From Massilicoli timonensis (GTDB lineage: Bacteria; Bacillota_I; Bacilli_A; Erysipelotrichales; Erysipelotrichaceae): a stretch of 32,000 bases of DNA. Positions 27,313 to 32,000 of the stretch are shown here, in pieces. Position numbers and translations under genes: made by a program. The notes under the pieces were generated by a model. It was not told the origin of the DNA. It did not search any database and was given only the letters and a program-made list of their open reading frames with translations. Numbering within the stretch: position 1 is the stretch's first letter; every line of letters begins with the position of its first letter. The stretch is from contig NZ_LT963434.1 of NCBI RefSeq assembly GCF_900199515.1, positions 723,272 to 755,271 on the forward strand, written 5' to 3'.

Positions 27313-28035
27313 TCATTTTAATTTATAAAGCTTTATTTTGCGTATGTAATTTATGTTTTTTTTCAAATCATCTGGTCTAAATGGTTTTCCATGTGCAGGA
27401 TAAATCCAATTTGCTTTTTCGTCAATCAGTATATTCCATGAATTTTGAAAAGCATTTTTATCCTCAATCCATATCGTGATTTTTCTTAGACTCGGTATAC
27501 CATTCATCGCAGCATCTCCACAAAAAATAATATCACCTAATTTAAGAGAAATGGAATCACAAGTATGTCCTGGTGTAAATAAAATCTTTCCTTGTAATAT
27601 GTTCTCCAATTCTGTTAAATTTTGAGGGGTTATTTCTATAAACCTATTAATATATTTTTTGTCGATTGCAGGGAAGAGATGATTACCATGGCCGACAATC
27701 CTCATGAACTTACAAAATATCAATGCACTCAAACTACTGCAACCACCAACAAATGAATTTTGTCCTCTTAATAGCGTGGGCATAGCAAGGTGACTTATGA
27801 TAACCTTTAATTCGGGGTATTTCGATAATAGTTCGTTTAAGAAACCTGCATGGTCATCGTGAGCATGAGTTAAAAAGATATATTTAATTTCAGAAAATGC
27901 TATACCTTGCTTATTAGCTCTTTTCTCTACGTTTTTCATACTGTGTTCATATCCTGTATCAATCATAATATATCCATTTACCGTATGATAGATGTAAGTG
28001 TTCATTACCCTGCTTCCTGCATTATATATATCCAT
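27313..28035 (-). CDS. MBL-fold metallo-hydrolase
   Basis: HxHxDH motif in FLTHAHDDHAGF, with downstream His/Asp ligand contexts (TPGHTCDS, CGDAAM, PAHG). Much AT-richer than the flanks. Confidence 0.9.
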   Translation of the reverse strand: MDIYNAGSRVMNTYIYHTVNGYIMIDTGYEHSMKNVEKRANKQGIAFSEIKYIFLTHAHDDHAGFLNELLSKYPELKVIISHLAMPTLLRGQNSFVGGCSSLSALIFCKFMRIVGHGNHLFPAIDKKYINRFIEITPQNLTELENILQGKILFTPGHTCDSISLKLGDIIFCGDAAMNGIPSLRKITIWIEDKNAFQNSWNILIDEKANWIYPAHGKPFRPDDLKKNINYIRKIKLYKLK

Positions 28036-28127
28036 AGTTAATTCTCACTTTCCCATTTGACAAATTCGTTTTTGTTTTTCTGATTATAGTATATCGAGCT
28101 ACAAAAGGGAAGCATGTTATAACCCAA

Positions 28128-28150
28128 GAAAGACCCCGCCGAAGCGGGGC
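28128..28150 (-). terminator. Terminator hairpin, right copy of the 23-nt direct repeat
   Basis: gaaagaCCCCGCcgaaGCGGGGC, 22/23 identical to 27258-27280. On the minus strand it follows the stop of the 200-aa gene and is followed by TCTTTCTT. Confidence 0.7.
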
Positions 28151-28159
28151 CTTCTCGAT

Positions 28160-28762
28160 TTATTCTGCTGCAATGAAGCCTTGTTCTTTTAGACTTTCGA
28201 TCAGCGCTGGATTCTCAGGACCGGTCAAGGTTCCTTCTTTGTCAATGTTATAGCTTCCTACTGCGAAAGCGTATGTCGGCGCTCTCAGATATTCCGGCTT
28301 TGCGCCAATGAAGCCGCCTACTGCTGCCACCAGCTCCTTGCGGCGCACGCCTGTCACATGATAGGTCGCTTCGATGCTTTCCGGCCCGCTTTCCTCTGTG
28401 GCAGGCTCACCAAGTTCTTCCGCCGGGATTTCTTCGGTTTGTGACCTTTCTTCCGGCTCGGTAGCCTCTACGGTCATAACCTCTGCGCTTTCCTGCGTGG
28501 CGGCTTTGGCTGCGGCCTTCGCCGCCCGGCTTACTCTGGTGCGGGCCTCCGGGAATATCTCCGGCAGTGCGCCTTCCTCATAGTGGATTTCGAAGGTGAT
28601 CTTCCCGTCCATGTGTACGTTGAAATGGAAGTCGGTCATTTCCACCTCTTTCAGCTCGTCCGGCAACTCGATGTTCTTGTACCGCTTGACTTCCTCGCCG
28701 TTTACCATAAGGCAAACCGGAACCGCGTCCCTCAGTTTCGCCGTAATTTTTCCTGTTTTCAT
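28160..28762 (-). CDS. Conserved mobile-element hypothetical protein (200 aa; acidic/Ala-rich central linker)
   Basis: AGGTGG lies 8 nt upstream of ATG 28762. The C-terminal block HVTGVRRKELVAAVGGFIGAKPEYLRAPTYAFAVGSYNIDKEGTLTG resembles proteins I recall being labelled only generically in Clostridia MGEs. Confidence 0.7.
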   Translation of the reverse strand: MKTGKITAKLRDAVPVCLMVNGEEVKRYKNIELPDELKEVEMTDFHFNVHMDGKITFEIHYEEGALPEIFPEARTRVSRAAKAAAKAATQESAEVMTVEATEPEERSQTEEIPAEELGEPATEESGPESIEATYHVTGVRRKELVAAVGGFIGAKPEYLRAPTYAFAVGSYNIDKEGTLTGPENPALIESLKEQGFIAAE

Positions 28763-28805
28763 TATCATTTCCACCTTTCGTTTTTGTGCTTGGGCTTGTG
28801 CCTTG

Positions 28806-28844
28806 TGTGAGTCACAGCTTACACATCACGGGTGGAAAAGCAAG
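28806..28844 (-). promoter_or_regulatory. Copy B of the conserved ~39-nt upstream motif
   Basis: tgtgagtcacagcttacacatcacgggtggaaaagcaag ends 43 nt upstream of ATG 28762. Confidence 0.4.
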
Positions 28845-28974
28845 GCTTTCACAATAATAAAGTTTAATCATTTTTAGAAATTAAAGGCGTATGGAGGCCA
28901 TGCTGCCCTGCATGATGGAAACGGTGGGTGTGACGGGGGAATTAAAGGCCAGTGCCCCCATAGCAAGAAAGACT

Positions 28975-29006
28975 ACGGCCAAGCGGGAAAATTGGGCGCT
29001 TGGCCG
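28975..29006 (-). terminator. Terminator of the ABC importer operon
   Basis: Perfect 11-bp stem ACGGCCAAGCG / ggaaaattgg / CGCTTGGCCGT, starting 8 nt after the SBP stop on the minus strand and followed there by AGTCTTTCTT. Confidence 0.65.
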
Positions 29007-29013
29007 TAATTCT

Positions 29014-30660
29014 TTACTTCATTATGATGGCGGATACATCCGTATAATCCGGCTGATTATAAAACTCATAGCTGGAAATGACATTCGTATCGTATGCAGC
29101 CATCCCCTTCACGCGAGTCAGAGGAATAATCGTTGCTTCATCATGGAGCTCTTGAAGCAGAGTGTTGTAAACGCTCTGAATCTCGTCCTCATTTGTCATC
29201 GCATTAAGGCTGTTGATGAGTTCGTCTGCATTCTCCATACCGGCTAACCCCTGAGCCAGATAGTTATCAATGACAGTGTTTGTCAGGCAACGAGAAATTA
29301 ACAGATATGGATCGGAGGGGATCGCATTTGTAATTGCAATCGCTAAATCGAAATCTCCATTGGAGATGTCCTGGAAATAAACCATCTGTTCTTTACCCAC
29401 CGGGGTAATTTCAAAGCCAACTTCTTTTAGCTGTGCGGCGAGAACTGAGGACAAATCTCCAAGGGAAGCCTGATCGGTGGCGTAAAGAAGATTCCCGGAC
29501 AACTTAACGCCATCTTTTTCACGGATACCATCTCCATCGCTGTCAACCCATCCGGCATCTTCCAGAATTTGCTTTGCTTTTTCGACATCATACTCATAAG
29601 TTCCGGTATCCACATCACAATAGGGCAACTCTTTATCCAGAACCGAATCAGCCGGAGTTTCTACACCATAGAAAATGTTTGTGGAGATATTTTGTGTGTC
29701 GATTGCATGGTTTGCGGCCAACCGAACGGCAGGATCGTTAAAAGGTGCGTGTGAAACATTGAATCCCATGGTACGGCTCTGGATGGTGGCATCAGAAGAA
29801 ACAGCAGTAAATCCCGGGGCGGTGGACAATTCCTCAAAGGTATTATAAGTGAGATTAGCCTGTCCAACAATCATGTCGATTTCGCCGTTACGCAGAGCTA
29901 AAACTTTCGCATCATTATCCGGAATAACTTTCACATGGAATACATCCACATCGGATTCGCCACGGTCATAGTATGGATTGCGTACAAATGTATAGATTTC
30001 ATTTTCTTTCTGTCCATCGTACATATACGGACCGGTGCCGAGCGTTTTTGTCTTGGTGATTTCGGCAAGGCTTCCGTCTTCATTGTATCCGGCAGGGGAC
30101 ATCATCGACATAGGCATGGGAACAGCGAAGTCCTGCAAAGCACCATAATATGGTGTTGTTAGCTTGACTGCCACAGTATATTCGTCCACAACAGTCACTT
30201 CATCCAACAGGGTGCTGGTTAGCCCCCAGCCACCGTTGAACTCGGCCAGGATTCCCGGTATATTATCCAGATTGATTTTGACTGCCTCCGCATTAAAATC
30301 GGTCCCATCTGAAAATTTTATTCCCTGCTTCAGATAAAAAGTATAAGTCAGTCCGTCGGGTGATACTTCCCATCGCTCCGCAAGGCCAGGAACGATTTCT
30401 CCATCCTCATATCGCACCAGCGTTTCATAAAAGTTTGTCAGGAAGTAATACAGACCGTAAGTACCATTGGTCACATTGGGTGCCTGGAGTGAAAAGAAGC
30501 CGCCTTCAAAATCCCAGCTTTCGCAGAAAGTCACTTCTTTGACGGTATTCTCTTGGCTGGTGGAAGGGGGCGAATCGGGGTCTGAAGCGCAGCCAGAAAA
30601 AGATAAGGTGGTCATCACTGCAGTAAGAAGCAGTGCCAGTAGTTTTTTAATTCGTTTCAT
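29014..30660 (-). CDS. ABC transporter substrate-binding lipoprotein, family 5 (peptide/nickel type)
   Basis: Signal peptide plus lipobox LSFSGC. Family-5 SBP-like core ...LVRYEDGEIVPGLAERWEVSPDGLTYTFYLKQGIKFSDGTDFNAEAV... Confidence 0.9.
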   Translation of the reverse strand: MKRIKKLLALLLTAVMTTLSFSGCASDPDSPPSTSQENTVKEVTFCESWDFEGGFFSLQAPNVTNGTYGLYYFLTNFYETLVRYEDGEIVPGLAERWEVSPDGLTYTFYLKQGIKFSDGTDFNAEAVKINLDNIPGILAEFNGGWGLTSTLLDEVTVVDEYTVAVKLTTPYYGALQDFAVPMPMSMMSPAGYNEDGSLAEITKTKTLGTGPYMYDGQKENEIYTFVRNPYYDRGESDVDVFHVKVIPDNDAKVLALRNGEIDMIVGQANLTYNTFEELSTAPGFTAVSSDATIQSRTMGFNVSHAPFNDPAVRLAANHAIDTQNISTNIFYGVETPADSVLDKELPYCDVDTGTYEYDVEKAKQILEDAGWVDSDGDGIREKDGVKLSGNLLYATDQASLGDLSSVLAAQLKEVGFEITPVGKEQMVYFQDISNGDFDLAIAITNAIPSDPYLLISRCLTNTVIDNYLAQGLAGMENADELINSLNAMTNEDEIQSVYNTLLQELHDEATIIPLTRVKGMAAYDTNVISSYEFYNQPDYTDVSAIIMK

Positions 30661-30671
30661 TATGATTCCTC

Positions 30672-31457
30672 CTAACGATTATAAGGTGTTTTGGGAGGGA
30701 GTGATTCGATCAACTCCCTCGAATATGGGTGGTTAAAGTCGTCATATCCATGAGCGTCAGTAATGGATTCGACGATTTTTCCCTCTTTCATGACAAAAAT
30801 ATGATCGGCCATGTAAAGTGCCACATCAATATCATGTGTGATGAACAGAAAGGTGCTTTGATACTCCTGTCTCAAATTCAGAAGAAGGTCCAGAACCTTT
30901 TTCTGGACGGTAACATCCAGTCCGCTGACGGACTCATCGAAAATCACCAGCCGCGGAGCAAGCGCCATAGCTCGCGCAATGCAAACCCTGCTTTGCTGGC
31001 CACCACTAAGTTCACTTGGAAAACGCATCAATATATCGTCCTGCAGCTGTACTTTGTGCAAAATGTCATGTACTGTGTGCTGTTCTTCCTGCCGGGTAAG
31101 ATGCCGTAATTTTCGCAAGGGTTCCGCAATGCTCTCATAGATGCGACGTCGAGGATCAAGCGCTCCCTGACTGTTTTGTAAAACTAATTGAACTTCTCCA
31201 TGCATCAGCCGAAGTTCCTTGGGGGAGAGGGCCCAGATATTATTTCCGTCTAACAGTATCTCACCGTTTGTGGGGGGAAGTATGGCTGCCAGCATCATCG
31301 CCAGCGTGCTCTTTCCGCTGCCACTTTCTCCGACCAGTGCATAAGGTGTATTTTCCAGCAGAGAAAAGGAAACATCATTTACGGATACAAATGGTTCTTT
31401 ACTTTTTGGCGATCTGCGTGACAAGTAAGTTCTTGTCAAGTGTCGAACTTCTATCAC
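30672..31457 (-). CDS. ABC transporter ATP-binding protein (OppF/DppF-like)
   Basis: Walker A GESGSGKST, signature LSGGQQ, Walker B LVIFDE, H-loop ITHD. Confidence 0.9.
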   Translation of the reverse strand: MIEVRHLTRTYLSRRSPKSKEPFVSVNDVSFSLLENTPYALVGESGSGKSTLAMMLAAILPPTNGEILLDGNNIWALSPKELRLMHGEVQLVLQNSQGALDPRRRIYESIAEPLRKLRHLTRQEEQHTVHDILHKVQLQDDILMRFPSELSGGQQSRVCIARAMALAPRLVIFDESVSGLDVTVQKKVLDLLLNLRQEYQSTFLFITHDIDVALYMADHIFVMKEGKIVESITDAHGYDDFNHPYSRELIESLPPKTPYNR

Positions 31458-31461
31458 AGAA

Positions 31462-32000
31462 TCACCCCCTTTTCAGATTGCTTGCTTGCAATAGTTCCTG
31501 CGTATAAGGCTGCGTAGGTTTATCAAAAATTTGATATACAGATCCGTGTTCTACCACTGAACCGTCATGTAGAACCACTACATCATCTGCCAGTTTTGCG
31601 AGGACGCCAAAATTGTGCGTGACAACAATCATCGAAATTCCCGCATTACGAATAGCAGTAAACTCTTCCAAAATAACTGCTTGTGTATGTACATCCAACG
31701 CAGTCGTAGCCTCATCCGCAATGATGAGCTCCGGGGAAAGTAGCAAAGCCAGTGCAATCATGATCCGCTGTAACATCCCACCGCTCAGTTCGTGAGGATA
31801 ACTGTTCAAAATGCGGGGAACATCATCCAAACCAAGTTTGGCTAATTCTTGCGTAATAGAAGCTATGGCCTGTTCCTTGGAGCTTTGCTGATGTGCGCGA
31901 AGGGTCTCCACCATTTGGCTGCCAATACGAGTAACAGGATCGAAAGCAGTCATGGGATTCTGCATAATCATAGCGATATGATTTCCACGCAACGGCCGCA
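31462..32000 (-). CDS. ABC transporter ATP-binding protein (OppD/DppD-like), N-terminus beyond the window
   Basis: The frame stays open to the window edge. Signature LSGGMLQR, Walker B LIIADE, VVTHN, and the C-terminal oligopeptide-ATPase tail PTQPYTQELL. Confidence 0.9.
   Translation of the reverse strand, partial: RPLRGNHIAMIMQNPMTAFDPVTRIGSQMVETLRAHQQSSKEQAIASITQELAKLGLDDVPRILNSYPHELSGGMLQRIMIALALLLSPELIIADEATTALDVHTQAVILEEFTAIRNAGISMIVVTHNFGVLAKLADDVVVLHDGSVVEHGSVYQIFDKPTQPYTQELLQASNLKRG

Noticed and set aside
28891-29247. 118-aa plus-strand ORF
   Set aside because: It overlaps the 3' end of the well-supported minus-strand SBP gene and spans the operon terminator. No RBS.

Overview
Most of the window (1-22905, + strand) is the GC-rich backbone of a Clostridia-type integrative conjugative element or conjugative transposon. 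Family names are recognised from memory; no search was run.

Backbone, in order:
- tail of a CHAP-type wall hydrolase gene
- small DUF4315-, DUF4366- and Cys-rich-VLP-like genes
- topoisomerase III
- a 987-aa CHC2-Zn-finger/ArdC/YodL polyvalent protein
- a 71-aa transposon-transfer-assisting-type protein
- a 2600-aa ArdC-N / N6-methyltransferase / SNF2-helicase polyvalent protein
- a DUF3848/DUF3849-like gene
- mobC
- MobA/VirD2-type relaxase (21496-22905)

mobC and the relaxase are separated by 4.5 kb. That gap holds an AT-richer group II intron (RT/maturase without an endonuclease domain) docked just behind the mobC terminator, two small genes, and an oppositely oriented Schlafen/AlbA_2-type gene.

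The most unusual observation is a complete TnpV-family gene (8509-8865) with its own Shine-Dalgarno. It lies in the +1 frame inside the open reading frame of the 2600-aa gene, exactly at a domain linker.

Downstream of the relaxase the sequence becomes a mosaic, mostly AT-richer:
- an ECF-type sigma factor with a DUF4367-type anti-sigma factor
- gene debris (an HTH fragment and a truncated ABC exporter)
- a minus-strand block with a SprT-like protease, a very AT-rich MBL-fold hydrolase cassette bracketed by a duplicated terminator, and a 200-aa conserved hypothetical. The SprT-like and 200-aa genes are preceded by the same ~39-nt motif.
- the distal part of a peptide/nickel-type ABC importer operon (two ATPases and a lipoprotein SBP)

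I saw no integrase, att site, rRNA, tRNA or CRISPR array. The long antisense ORFs in the track are shadows of GC3-rich genes.
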